Source of the DNA: an uncultured Chloroflexia bacterium
Lineage (GTDB): Bacteria > Chloroflexota > Dehalococcoidia > UBA2979
Direction: 5' to 3'
Assembly (NCBI GenBank): GCA_963728205.1
Contig: CAVSIV010000001.1
Span: 576,001-640,000, forward strand
DNA length: 64,000 nucleotides
The notes beneath the pieces were generated by a model. The model was not told where the DNA came from. It saw nothing but the letters and a program-made list of their open reading frames with translations, and did not search any database. Shown in pieces: positions 46,176 through 55,496 of this stretch (position 1 is the first letter of the stretch; each line of letters starts with the position of its first letter). A program made the translations under genes and the position numbers.

Positions 46176-46963
46176 GCGTCGCGCTCTCCTTCGTAGGCGA
46201 CCGTCGAGGCGACGCGCACGGCGCCGGTCAGCGCGCCCTCGTCGCCCAGGCGCGCGGCGACGACATGCGGACCGGCCGCCACCTCGTCGAGCACCCGCTG
46301 GAGCAGCGGGATCACGATCTGCGCATGCGCCGGCTCGGCGTCGACCACGATCAGCTCCGGGTCGAGCAGCGCCGCGGCGTCGGCCAGCACGCCGGTCAGC
46401 ACCTGCAGCGCATCGTCGTCCGGCGACGCTCCGGCCGGCAGTTCCGGCACCGCCGGCAGCCCACCCGCGCCGTCGTGCGCGCCGCGAGCCACGCGCCCGC
46501 CCAGGAGCAGAGCGGCCGTGGGGATGCCCCGCAGCGACACGTACAGCGCATCCGTCGCGTCGAGCGCCACGCCGGCCGCCGTCTCCGCGATCAGTGCCGC
46601 ATGGGCGCGGTTCACCGCCGCGACCGGCGCGCCGAGGTGCCTGCGCAGCGCGTCGGCCACCGCGAGGCCGTCCCACTCCGGCTGTCCGCTGGTCGCGAGC
46701 AGGTGCCCCGTCGCGCCGTCGACGTTGCCCGGGCAGGCGACACCGATGCCGAGTGCGGATCGTCGGTGTCCCTCGCGCGCGAAGGCCATCGCGATGCGGC
46801 CGCCGACCTCCCACGCCCACGCCGCCTCGCTGGGGAGAGCCGGCAGCGGCCACTCCTCGCGTGCGATCGACGCGCCGTCGAGGTCGGCGAGCAGCACCCG
46901 CAGCCGGTCGGCGGTGAAATCGACGGCGACCAGCACGGGATCGCCGGGCGGGGGGATGGTCAT
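46172..46963 (-). CDS. ROK-fold protein with degenerate catalytic motifs
   Basis: AVD, GIGVACPG.VD, PV..VN..., LDPELIV, A.LG...L.GA; NDAN, GTGIG and EIGH motifs are altered. Confidence 0.8.
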   Translation of the reverse strand: MTIPPPGDPVLVAVDFTADRLRVLLADLDGASIAREEWPLPALPSEAAWAWEVGGRIAMAFAREGHRRSALGIGVACPGNVDGATGHLLATSGQPEWDGLAVADALRRHLGAPVAAVNRAHAALIAETAAGVALDATDALYVSLRGIPTAALLLGGRVARGAHDGAGGLPAVPELPAGASPDDDALQVLTGVLADAAALLDPELIVVDAEPAHAQIVIPLLQRVLDEVAAGPHVVAARLGDEGALTGAVRVASTVAYEGERDA

Positions 46964-47027
46964 GCGAGCCTCGTTCCGTGGACGGCCGCCCGGGCCGGCG
47001 CGACCCGCGGGGCCGGCGCGGCCGGCC

Positions 47028-48107
47028 TCACTGCCACGCGGCTTCCAGCTTGCGCAGCGCGGCGACCGCTTCGTTCACGTCATGTTGCGTCATCACGGCC
47101 GCAAGCGGGATCGCCAGCAGCTCCCCCGGCAGGCGCTGGGCGACGGGGAAGTGGTCGGCGTCGAGCCGCGGATCGCCGGCGCCCAGCAGCGCGCCGAGCC
47201 GCTCGCTTGCGTGAAGCGGCCGTCCGGCCGCGGGCGTGCAGGCGATGCCCTCCGCGCGGAGAGCATCAATCGTCGCGTCGAGCGTCCGGCGCCAGAGCAG
47301 GCTGCGCAGCCGCACGACATACACCGAGTAGGCGTGGCGGATTGCTCGCCCGTGCGGCATCCCGGCGGCGCCGCGCATCCCGCGGATCCCGAACGTGAGC
47401 TCCCATGCCGCGTGCCGGCGTAGCTCCAGCGCGGCCACCTCGGCGCGCAGCCAGCCGAGCGCGCGTCGCGCCGCCGCCGTGTCCGGCGGCGCGTCCTCGA
47501 CGCCCGCCGCGCCCGCCGTCCACGTGACGGCGGCTGCTGCGGAGGCATCGTCGGCAGCGCCCAGGCGGACGACGCTCACGTCACCCAGCGCGCCGGCCGG
47601 CCGTCCGCGCTCGGACGCGCCGAGCGCGCCCGACGCGTCCTCGACGAGCGGCACTTCGCGAGGGCCGATGAGCCGCCGCAGCTCCGTCACCGCCGCGGGG
47701 TGGCCGAATGGGTGCAGCACGATCACTGCCCGCGTCTCCTCGCCCAGCACGCGGGAGAGCCCGCGCGGCGACAGCGCGGCCGACTCTGCGTCGACCTCCA
47801 CCGGCATCGGGACGAGCCCGGCCGCGGCGATGCTCTCCACCCAGGCGTCGGCGCCGAGGTCGGGGACTGCGACCTCGCGGCCCCGCGCGGGGAGCGCGGC
47901 GAGCACCGCGGCGCGTGCCTCGGCCGGTCCCGCGACGAGCCGCGCCGGCCGCTCCTCGGCGCCGAGGAGCGCCGACAGCTCGCGCACCAGCGCTGCGGCC
48001 GCGTCGCGGTCGTCGGCGGGCGCGGGCTCCGGGTCGGTGGGCCATGGATCGGTGCGAACCGGCGGGCCGCCGTCGATTGCGAGCGGCTGCGGGTGCTCGT
48101 CAGTCAC
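47028..48107 (-). CDS. DegT/DnrJ/EryC1/StrS aminotransferase-fold protein lacking the PLP lysine
   Basis: LAIDGG.PVR, TRAVI.LH.FG.PA, VEDA...LGA...G..GD, AL.AEGI; no SFxxxK motif. Confidence 0.8.
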   Translation of the reverse strand: MTDEHPQPLAIDGGPPVRTDPWPTDPEPAPADDRDAAAALVRELSALLGAEERPARLVAGPAEARAAVLAALPARGREVAVPDLGADAWVESIAAAGLVPMPVEVDAESAALSPRGLSRVLGEETRAVIVLHPFGHPAAVTELRRLIGPREVPLVEDASGALGASERGRPAGALGDVSVVRLGAADDASAAAAVTWTAGAAGVEDAPPDTAAARRALGWLRAEVAALELRRHAAWELTFGIRGMRGAAGMPHGRAIRHAYSVYVVRLRSLLWRRTLDATIDALRAEGIACTPAAGRPLHASERLGALLGAGDPRLDADHFPVAQRLPGELLAIPLAAVMTQHDVNEAVAALRKLEAAWQ

Positions 48108-48216
48108 CCGCGGAATCTACGCGAGCCCACCTGCGCGCGCAAAACGCCCGCCGCGGGAAGTCGAGTACGCGCCGCGTGCTGGACCGGATGGGACGCGGGC
48201 AGCGCGCGCGAAGGCG

Positions 48217-48480
48217 CTAGCTCGCCATCGCCTGACGCGCTTGACCGTCCAGCGCCGGCACCAGCGCTGCGGGCGGGATGGCAAGCACGTCCGAGAGTGC
48301 GAGCAGCGAACGCAGCGGAATGTCGCGCTTGCCGTTTTCATAATTCGACAGCGCCGCCTGCGTAATCCCGGACAGCCATGCCACGTCGGCCTGCGTCTTC
48401 CCCTGGTTCAGGCGGATCTGGCGCAGCCGCACGGCCGTGTCGTCGCGGTCGTAGTACCGGTCGTCGGTCGAGGTTTTCAT
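48217..48480 (-). CDS. XRE-family HTH regulator
   Basis: LRQIR...G.TQ..VA...GI.Q..LS.YE.G.R. Confidence 0.88.
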   Translation of the reverse strand: MKTSTDDRYYDRDDTAVRLRQIRLNQGKTQADVAWLSGITQAALSNYENGKRDIPLRSLLALSDVLAIPPAALVPALDGQARQAMAS

Positions 48481-48601
48481 CGGCCGCAAACCCTCTACCT
48501 CTCGTCAACGTTCGGTTCGTTCTGCCACCGACAGTATCCCGGCTAAACGAGTCATGCAACGGGGGTGATGGGCTCGGCGGGGAAGTGCCGGGTCTGTCGG
48601 C

Positions 48602-48710
48602 TAGAATCGCACCGGATTCGCGTCCCGCGCGACCCCGATCGCCGGTAGCCGAGATGCCCGGTGTCCATCGCTGCTGTCGGTCGGCGAAGGGGGGCGCGCG
48701 TGGAGAGGAG
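48602..48710 (+). promoter_or_regulatory. Candidate -10 (TAGAAT) followed by a structured 5' leader, possibly pan-motif-like
   Basis: TAGAAT at 48602-48607; long bulged hairpin about 48626-48700 ending just before RBS GAGAGGAG of the DUF2520 gene. Confidence 0.45.
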
Positions 48711-48715
48711 CGGCG

Positions 48716-49642
48716 GTGAGCGAAGCGATCGACCCGGCTCGCCGGCGCGGCGCCGGCGTCGGGATCATCGGCGCCGGGCGGCTGGGCAGCGCGCTCGCGG
48801 CGGCCCTGCGCGCCGCCGGCTACGACGGCGTGCGCGTCGGCACGCTCGCCGACCGCGACCCCGCGCGGGCCACGCGACTCGCGGGCGCGCTCGCGCTGCC
48901 CCCGCCGCTGGCGCCGGCGGCGCTCGCCGGAGCCTGCGCGCTCGTGTTCCTGTGCGTGCCCGACGGCGCGGTGCGTACGGTGGCGGACGCCTGGCCGGCG
49001 GGGCCGAGCGGCGCGGTCGTCCACTGCAGCGGCGCGCTCGGGCTCGACGTGCTTGCGACGCCGGCGACGCGCGCCGCGGTGGGGACGTTTCATCCCCTGC
49101 AGACGTTCCCCGCCGGCGAGCCGCCCGTGGAGGCGGCGCGACGGTTTGCGGGCGTCGTCTGCGGAGTCGAGGCGTCGAGCGGTGCAGCGGGCGGCGCGCT
49201 CGGCGAGACGCTCGAGGCGATCTCCGCCGACCTCGGTGCCCGCGCGGTGCGCCTCGAGGGCGTCGACCGTGCCGGCTATCACGCCGCGGCGGTGCTCGCG
49301 AGCAACGACGCCGTCGCGCTGATGGCGGCGGCTGCGCGCGCATGGTCGGCGGCGGGCCTCCCCGCGGCCGAGGCCCGGGAGGCGCTCGCGCCGCTCATGC
49401 TTGCCGCCGCCCGGAACATCGCGGCGCTGCCGCTCGAGCGCGCGCTGACCGGCCCGGTCGCGCGCGGCGACGTCGACACCGTCGCGCGCCACCTTGCCGC
49501 GCTCGCGCCCGACCCGGATCTGCGCGAGCTCTACCGGCGCCTCGCGTTCGAGCTGCTCGCGCTCGACCTCGGGCACGACGCGGCCACGGCGGCCGCGTTG
49601 CGCGCCGCGCTCGCCGAGGACGCGCGGCCGCGCGGGACGTGA
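48716..49642 (+). CDS. Rossmann-like + DUF2520 protein (PanG-like ketopantoate reductase candidate)
   Basis: IIGAGRLG, VPD, VHCSGA, FHPLQTF, YHAAAV.ASN, LTGPVARGD. Confidence 0.9.
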   Translation: MSEAIDPARRRGAGVGIIGAGRLGSALAAALRAAGYDGVRVGTLADRDPARATRLAGALALPPPLAPAALAGACALVFLCVPDGAVRTVADAWPAGPSGAVVHCSGALGLDVLATPATRAAVGTFHPLQTFPAGEPPVEAARRFAGVVCGVEASSGAAGGALGETLEAISADLGARAVRLEGVDRAGYHAAAVLASNDAVALMAAAARAWSAAGLPAAEAREALAPLMLAAARNIAALPLERALTGPVARGDVDTVARHLAALAPDPDLRELYRRLAFELLALDLGHDAATAAALRAALAEDARPRGT

Positions 49643-49738
49643 GCGCAGCATCGCGCGCGCGGGCGGTCCCTTCGTCCGACCCCGCCTACACTGGCGCGCG
49701 GCGGCCGCGCTCGCGGACGCCCGACGGAAGGGAGCCCC

Positions 49739-50575
49739 GTGCGCCTCACGCTCGGCGAGGTGGTCATCGACTGCACGCACCACACCGCGGTGATGGGCAT
49801 CCTGAACATCTCCGACGACTCTCCCGTCGAGCACTCGCGCGTGGGCGTCGACCGCGCCGTCGACCGCGCACGTGAGCTTGCTGCACAGGGGGCCGAGATC
49901 ATCGACGTCGGCGCGAACTCGACGCTCACCGGCTCGCGCGATCTCGACGCGCAGGAGGAGATCGAACGGGTGGTGCCGGTCGTCGAGGGAATCGTGGCGG
50001 CGGGGCTGCCCGTGTCGGTCGACACCTGGAAGCCGGCGGTCGCACGCGCGGCGGCACAGGCGGGCGCGCACCTCCTCAACGACGTCAGCGGCTTCACCGA
50101 TCCCGCGATGATCGCGGTAGCCGAGGAGTTCGGCGTGCCGGGCGTCGTCATGCACATGCGCGGCGCGCCGAAGCACCACCGCGAGGTGAGCCAGGAGTAC
50201 ATGGACGTCGCGGCCGAGGTGCGGGGTTTCCTCGTCGACCGCGCGGTGGAGCTGCGGGCGCGCGGCGTGGAGGCGTGGCTCGACCCCGGCTTCGAGTTCG
50301 GGAAGTCGCTCGACGACAACGTGCGGCTCTACGCGGACCTGCCGAACCTCGTCGCCTCGGGCTACCCGGTGCTGATCTCCGCGTCGCGCAAATACTTCCT
50401 CGCGGAGCTGATCGGCCGCGAGCGCAGCCAGCACGTCGAGGGCCTGACCGAGGCGACGACGATCTTCAACGCGCTCGCCGCGCTCGCCGGCGTGCACGTG
50501 GTGCGCGTTCACGACGTGGCCCCGGTCGCGACGGCGATCCGCCTGGTGGACTCGCTGCGAAGGATGACCGCATAG
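49739..50575 (+). CDS. folP: Dihydropteroate synthase
   Basis: VMGILN.S.DS, IIDVG..ST, SVDT, LNDVSG, MHMRG.P, DPGF.FGK, SRK, RVHDV. Confidence 0.95.
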   Translation: MRLTLGEVVIDCTHHTAVMGILNISDDSPVEHSRVGVDRAVDRARELAAQGAEIIDVGANSTLTGSRDLDAQEEIERVVPVVEGIVAAGLPVSVDTWKPAVARAAAQAGAHLLNDVSGFTDPAMIAVAEEFGVPGVVMHMRGAPKHHREVSQEYMDVAAEVRGFLVDRAVELRARGVEAWLDPGFEFGKSLDDNVRLYADLPNLVASGYPVLISASRKYFLAELIGRERSQHVEGLTEATTIFNALAALAGVHVVRVHDVAPVATAIRLVDSLRRMTA

Positions 50576-50587
50576 GTCTGCTCGTCG

Positions 50588-51127
50588 TCACCGCTCTCGC
50601 GATGCCAGCGCCAGTGTCGCCGCGATGAACGACGTCTTCCCGTCCGTGTACGCCTCACGCGCGGTGCCGTGGCGCAGCGCGAGCGCGCGCTTCAGTGTCT
50701 CGTAAGCACGGGCGCGCTCGGGGTGCGCGCGCAGGTGGTCGCGGAAGCGCAGGTGGCGCTCGGCCTCTGGCGAGCCGGCGATGAGCATGTGGACGTGCTC
50801 GCGCCGCCGTCCGCGAGCGGCGTCGGCGGCGCGCACGAAGTAGTGGCGGCCGGGGATGCCGTTCTCGCCGCGGTACTCGTACCCCAGCGCCTCGAGCGCG
50901 GTGACGCACGCCGCGCCGTCCTCGAAGGTCGCCACCAGCGGCATGACGTCGACGACCGGCTTCCCCGCGAGCCCCGGCACGGAGGTGCTTCCGATGTGCT
51001 CGATCCCCGCCAGTCGCTCGCCGCAGGCTGCGCGGACCGCGGCGGCGGACGACTCGAACTGTGCCGGCCAGCGCGCGTCGTACTCGACGATCTCGATCGC
51101 GCCGGGCTCCGCGGCGTGCTCGCTCAC
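50588..51127 (-). CDS. GrpB/UPF0157 nucleotidyltransferase-fold protein
   Basis: YD..W...F, EHIGSTSVPGL.GKP.VD, FRD.LR, Y..LK, YT.GK. Confidence 0.9.
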   Translation of the reverse strand: MSEHAAEPGAIEIVEYDARWPAQFESSAAAVRAACGERLAGIEHIGSTSVPGLAGKPVVDVMPLVATFEDGAACVTALEALGYEYRGENGIPGRHYFVRAADAARGRRREHVHMLIAGSPEAERHLRFRDHLRAHPERARAYETLKRALALRHGTAREAYTDGKTSFIAATLALASRER

Positions 51128-53988
51128 GCCGGCGGCTCGCCGAGCAGCGCCTGCAGGTCGTGCTTCGCATCGAGGATGTGCGCCCACAGGTCGCCCACCC
51201 GTTCGACCCGCGCCTGCGCGGTCAGGATCGTGAACTCCGTCGGGAGCGTCTTACCGAGCTCGTCCCAGCGCAGCGGCATCGACACCGGTGCGCCGGGCTT
51301 CGCCCGCGGCGAGTACGGCCCCGCGAGGCTCTTGATGCGCGCGTTCTGGTTCGCGTCGAAGAACACCTTGCCGCGGCGCTTCTCGGTCGCCCACTCCATC
51401 GTCACTTCCTTCGAGTGCGCGCGCAGCAGGAAGCCGCCGAGCGTCTCGGCCACGCCGCGGATCGTCTCGTAGTCGTACTGGCGCAGCACGGGCACGTAGA
51501 TGTGCAGGCCCGTCGCGCCCGACGTCTTCACGAACGACGACATCCCGGCGCCGTCCAGCAGCTCCTTCAGCCAGCGCGCGACCTCGCACGTCTGCTGGAA
51601 GGCGCGGCGGTTGTACTCGGGCTCGGCGCCCTTCGCCTCCGTGCCCGCGTAGATGTACGGGTCGAGGTCGAACAGCACGAAGTCGGGGTAGTTGAGCACC
51701 GACCGCAGCACGGCGTCCTTCGACCCGCGGAAGTCCACCGCAAGGTGGCGGGCGTCGGGCTCGGGGTTCACGCGCGCCAGGCTGGTGTGGAGCGCGACGT
51801 CTGCGATCTGTCCGAGCCACACGAGCGTGGCGAGGTTGTTGACCAGCACGTACTCCTGGTCGCCGCCGCCGCTCTCCGTGTGCACGGTCACGGTCTCGAC
51901 GAAGTCGCCCGGGAGCTGCTCGACGTGCTTCTGGTAGAAGGACGAGCCCTCGATGCCGTTGGGGTAGCGCGTCATCGTGAGCGGGCGGTCGCGCAGGTGC
52001 GCGATCAGCAGCGGTGACATGCGCGCGTAGTAGGCGATGAGGTCACGCTTGGTCAGCGCGCGCTGGTCGCCGAGCGCCGGCCACATCACCTTGTCGAGGT
52101 TGGTGACGGCGACGCGATGCGGCCCGACCTCCAGCGTGAGCTGCTGCTGCTTCGCCTCGAGCTGCGCGAGCACCGAGGCGATCGCGTCGTCGCTCCCGGC
52201 GGCGGGCGCGGGTGTGGCGGCCGCGCGCGACCGCACGTCGGTGGCGGTCGCCGGCAGCGCCGACGTCGGCTCCTGGCGCACGACCTCGTCCGGGCCCTTG
52301 TCGTCGCGCAGCCGCTGGAAGACCGGCGCGCGCAGGTTGTGGTCGTTCGTCCACTGCGTGAATTCGACCTCGACGACGACCTCCGGGCGCACCCATGTCA
52401 CGTCTTTCGTGCCCGCCGGTACGCCCTCGCACGCCGGCGCGTCGCTGCGCAGCGGCTCGAGCCGCTGCAGCATGCGCGCGATGCCGCGGTCGTCGAATCC
52501 GCTGCCGACGCGCCCGGCGTGGACGAGCGGCCCGCCCGGCGCGTCTCGGGTCGCGATCGCGAGCGCGCCGAACGTATGCACGCGCGAGCCCTGGCCCGCG
52601 GAGTAGCCGACTACGACGAAGTCGTCGCTCTGCCGCGCTTTCACCTTCAGCCAGCTCTTCGACCGCCGGCCGGCCTCGTAGCGGCTGTCGCGGCGCTTTG
52701 CGACCAGGCCCTCGAGGCCGACGTCGACGGCGGCGCGGTAGGCGACGACGCCGTCCGCGTGGAAGTGGTCGACGCGCTGAATGCGCGTCGTGGGCATCAG
52801 GGTCAGCTGCAGGACGCGCTTGCGCTCATCGAGCGGCGACTTCTGCAGGTCGATGCCGTCGAGGTAGAGCAGGTCGAACGCGTAGTAGTAGACGGGGACG
52901 TCGCGCTCGGCCTGCTGGATCTCGACGGCGTTCGCCAGGTTCATGCGCTGCTGCAGCCGCTCGAACGACGGCAGGCCGTTCTCGCCGAGCGCGACGATCT
53001 CACCGTCGAGCACGAGGCTGTGTGCCGGCTGTCGCCCCAGCGCGGCCACGAGCGACGGGTACTGTGCCGACATGTCGAGCCCGCGTCGCGAGCGGAGCGT
53101 CACGCGGCCGTCGTGCAGCAGCGCGAGCGCGCGTACGCCGTCGAGCTTCGGCTCGAAGAGCCAGCGGTCGTCGGAGAACGGCCGATCGACGGGCGTGGCC
53201 TGCATCGGCTCGAGCGCCGCGGGAAACGGGGCGTTGCGCACGGCGCCGGGCAGCAGCGCGTGGTCGAGCGGCGGCGCGACGACGTCGCGCTGGGGCAGGC
53301 GGCCGGCCTGGAGGTCGGCGATGGTGAGGCCCGTCAGCACCGACGCATCCTCGTCGACGATCTCGCGCGTGGCGTTGGCGGCCTCGTCCCGGTGCTTGAT
53401 CATCAGCCATGAGTTCTCGGACTGAGCGGTCTTCACGAGCGTCCACGAGCCCTTGAGCTTGTGGCCACGCAGCGTCACCGAGACCTTGCCATCGGCGATC
53501 GCCTGCCGCATGCGCGCGTTCGCCTCGTGGCGGTCGCCGAACGCGAGGACGCCCTCCTCGTCGGGGGAGTAGGTGCCGCGGTCCCACACGATGACCTCGC
53601 CGGCGCCGTACTCGCCCTTCGGGATCAGGCCCTCGAACGTCGCGTAATCGAGCGGGTGGTCCTCGGTCATCACCGCCAGGCGCTTCTCGGCGGGGTCGAG
53701 CGACGGGCCTTTCGGCACCGGCCACGACTTCAGCACGCCGTCGACCTCGAGCCGCACGTCGTAGTGCAGCCGGGTGGCGCGGTGCTTCTGGACGACGAAC
53801 GTGAGCGGTCCCTCGCCCGGCTCGGCGTCCGCCGGTGAGGGCTCCGGCGTGCGCGAGAAGTCGCGCATCGCTCCGTAGGCGCCGAGCGGCGCGCGCTCGG
53901 TCGGATCGTCGGTGTTGGACTCGCGCCGGTCCCGCTCGGCGCGCGGCGTCCCCGCGCGCGCGGAAGTGCTGCGTCGAGCGCGCGGCAT
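51124..53988 (-). CDS. ligD: NHEJ DNA ligase D (phosphoesterase-ligase-polymerase)
   Basis: RDF..TPEP and KH.A.RLHYD.RLE (PE); EPKLDG, EGLVAK, WLKVK (ligase); TNLDK, RYP.G, FDLDP, KTSG..GLH (Pol). Confidence 0.96.
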   Translation of the reverse strand: MPRARRSTSARAGTPRAERDRRESNTDDPTERAPLGAYGAMRDFSRTPEPSPADAEPGEGPLTFVVQKHRATRLHYDVRLEVDGVLKSWPVPKGPSLDPAEKRLAVMTEDHPLDYATFEGLIPKGEYGAGEVIVWDRGTYSPDEEGVLAFGDRHEANARMRQAIADGKVSVTLRGHKLKGSWTLVKTAQSENSWLMIKHRDEAANATREIVDEDASVLTGLTIADLQAGRLPQRDVVAPPLDHALLPGAVRNAPFPAALEPMQATPVDRPFSDDRWLFEPKLDGVRALALLHDGRVTLRSRRGLDMSAQYPSLVAALGRQPAHSLVLDGEIVALGENGLPSFERLQQRMNLANAVEIQQAERDVPVYYYAFDLLYLDGIDLQKSPLDERKRVLQLTLMPTTRIQRVDHFHADGVVAYRAAVDVGLEGLVAKRRDSRYEAGRRSKSWLKVKARQSDDFVVVGYSAGQGSRVHTFGALAIATRDAPGGPLVHAGRVGSGFDDRGIARMLQRLEPLRSDAPACEGVPAGTKDVTWVRPEVVVEVEFTQWTNDHNLRAPVFQRLRDDKGPDEVVRQEPTSALPATATDVRSRAAATPAPAAGSDDAIASVLAQLEAKQQQLTLEVGPHRVAVTNLDKVMWPALGDQRALTKRDLIAYYARMSPLLIAHLRDRPLTMTRYPNGIEGSSFYQKHVEQLPGDFVETVTVHTESGGGDQEYVLVNNLATLVWLGQIADVALHTSLARVNPEPDARHLAVDFRGSKDAVLRSVLNYPDFVLFDLDPYIYAGTEAKGAEPEYNRRAFQQTCEVARWLKELLDGAGMSSFVKTSGATGLHIYVPVLRQYDYETIRGVAETLGGFLLRAHSKEVTMEWATEKRRGKVFFDANQNARIKSLAGPYSPRAKPGAPVSMPLRWDELGKTLPTEFTILTAQARVERVGDLWAHILDAKHDLQALLGEPPA

Positions 53989-53991
53989 GGC

Positions 53992-54906
53992 CTAGGTGCG
54001 GGCCCGCGACTTCCGCGAGCTCGACTTCTTCTTCGCCGTCGGCGCGGGCTCGGCGTCTGCCGCTTCCGTGTCGGCCTCGCCGGCCGCTTCCGTCTCGGCC
54101 TCGGTCGCGCCGTTCTTCGCCGCGGCGCCGCCCTTGCGCTGCTGTGTCGCCTCGATGCTCGCGCGCAGCGCGGCCATGAGGTCGACGGGCTGCGGCGCCG
54201 CGGCCTCCTCCTCGTGGCTGACCACCTCGCCGCCCTCGAGCTTCGCGGTGATGCGCTCTATCAGCGCCTCGCGGTACTCGTCGCGGTACTGCGTCGGATC
54301 GAACGGCTCCTGCAGCATCTCGATCAGCGAGTGCGCCATCTTCAGCTCCTGCGCCGAGAGCTTGACGCTCGACACGTCGATCTCGGGCTCGGAGCGGATT
54401 TCGTCCGGGTAGAACAGCGTCTCCAGCACGATGCGGCCATCCTGCGGCCGGAGCACGCAGAGTGACTCCCGGTTGCGGATGGCGATCTTGCCGATGGCGA
54501 CGAGCTGCTTGTCCTGCACGGACTGCATGAGCAGCGCGTACGGCTTCACGCCAGCCTCGTCCGGCTCGAGGTAGTAGCCCTTCTCGTAGTAGAGCGGGTC
54601 GATCTCGGCCGACTCGACGAAGTTCGTGATCTCGATCGTCCGCTTGCTGGGAACGGGGAGGTCCTCGAAGTCCTCGTCGGTGAGGACGACGTACTGGTCC
54701 TTCGCGTACTCGTAGCCGCGCACGATCTCGTCGTAGGCGACCTCGCGCTCCTCGGCCGGGCACCAGCGCAGCTGGCGGATGCGCACCAGGTCGTCGCGGT
54801 GCAGCTGACGAAAGCCGATGTCTTTGCTGTCGGTGGCGGTGTAGAGCTTCACGGGGATGGAGACCATCCCGAAGCTGATCGCACCGCTCCAGATTGCGCG
54901 GGGCAT
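53992..54906 (-). CDS. ku: NHEJ Ku protein
   Basis: RAIWSGAISFGMVSIPVKLY, D.Y, DLMAAL..S, basic tail. Confidence 0.96.
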   Translation of the reverse strand: MPRAIWSGAISFGMVSIPVKLYTATDSKDIGFRQLHRDDLVRIRQLRWCPAEEREVAYDEIVRGYEYAKDQYVVLTDEDFEDLPVPSKRTIEITNFVESAEIDPLYYEKGYYLEPDEAGVKPYALLMQSVQDKQLVAIGKIAIRNRESLCVLRPQDGRIVLETLFYPDEIRSEPEIDVSSVKLSAQELKMAHSLIEMLQEPFDPTQYRDEYREALIERITAKLEGGEVVSHEEEAAAPQPVDLMAALRASIEATQQRKGGAAAKNGATEAETEAAGEADTEAADAEPAPTAKKKSSSRKSRART

Positions 54907-54996
54907 GGTGGGGCTCCCTTCGCCCGCCTGGAGTTTCGAGTATAGAGAGCCGAGGACCAGAGCGATGAACGGTGGCCGACCGGGGGGCGCGCGCCG

Positions 54997-55335
54997 CTAC
55001 ATCTTCAGCAGCGACTGCTCGATCCAGCGAATGGCGGCTTCGCCCTCGGCACGCGCCTCGGTGCGGCCGAGGAGCATCGGGGCGATGGCCTCGATCACGG
55101 CGGCGAGCTCAGGGTCGTCGCCGCGCAGGCGCTCGTGCGCCTCGACGGGCGACACGCCTTCCTGCCAGTAGGGGCGGAGTGCCTCGGTCACGAAGGCGCC
55201 GCCGAGCAGCTGGACGCGCTCCTCGTGGGTGAGGCCGGCGGCGCGCTGCAGATCGCTCAGCGCGGTCAGGACGTCGTCGGAGGAGCCCCCGTGCACCTCG
55301 AAGCGAAGCACCCGGCGGCCTGGGGTCATAGCCAT
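54997..55335 (-). CDS. Hypothetical protein upstream of ku
   Basis: Strong RBS AAGGAGG, host-like codon usage, helical composition. Confidence 0.7.
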   Translation of the reverse strand: MAMTPGRRVLRFEVHGGSSDDVLTALSDLQRAAGLTHEERVQLLGGAFVTEALRPYWQEGVSPVEAHERLRGDDPELAAVIEAIAPMLLGRTEARAEGEAAIRWIEQSLLKM

Positions 55336-55352
55336 GACCTGCCTCCTTCGCG

Positions 55353-55366
55353 CGAACGCCAGTTCG
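55353..55366. promoter_or_regulatory. LexA (SOS) box of the GAAC-N4-GTTC type
   Basis: CGAAC-GCCA-GTTCG just upstream of the RBS of 54997-55335; weaker site (minus strand CGAACATTTGAAC) at 55391-55403. Confidence 0.7.
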
Positions 55367-55496
55367 CGCATTGGATCGAGCGGATAAACAGTTCAAATGT
55401 TCGCTCTCCGCGAGGATACGACCGGTGCTCGCGGATGACAACAGGAATCCGGGCCCCCGGGCGGGGCAGCCGCGTCGCCCCCGCGCGACCCCGCGC

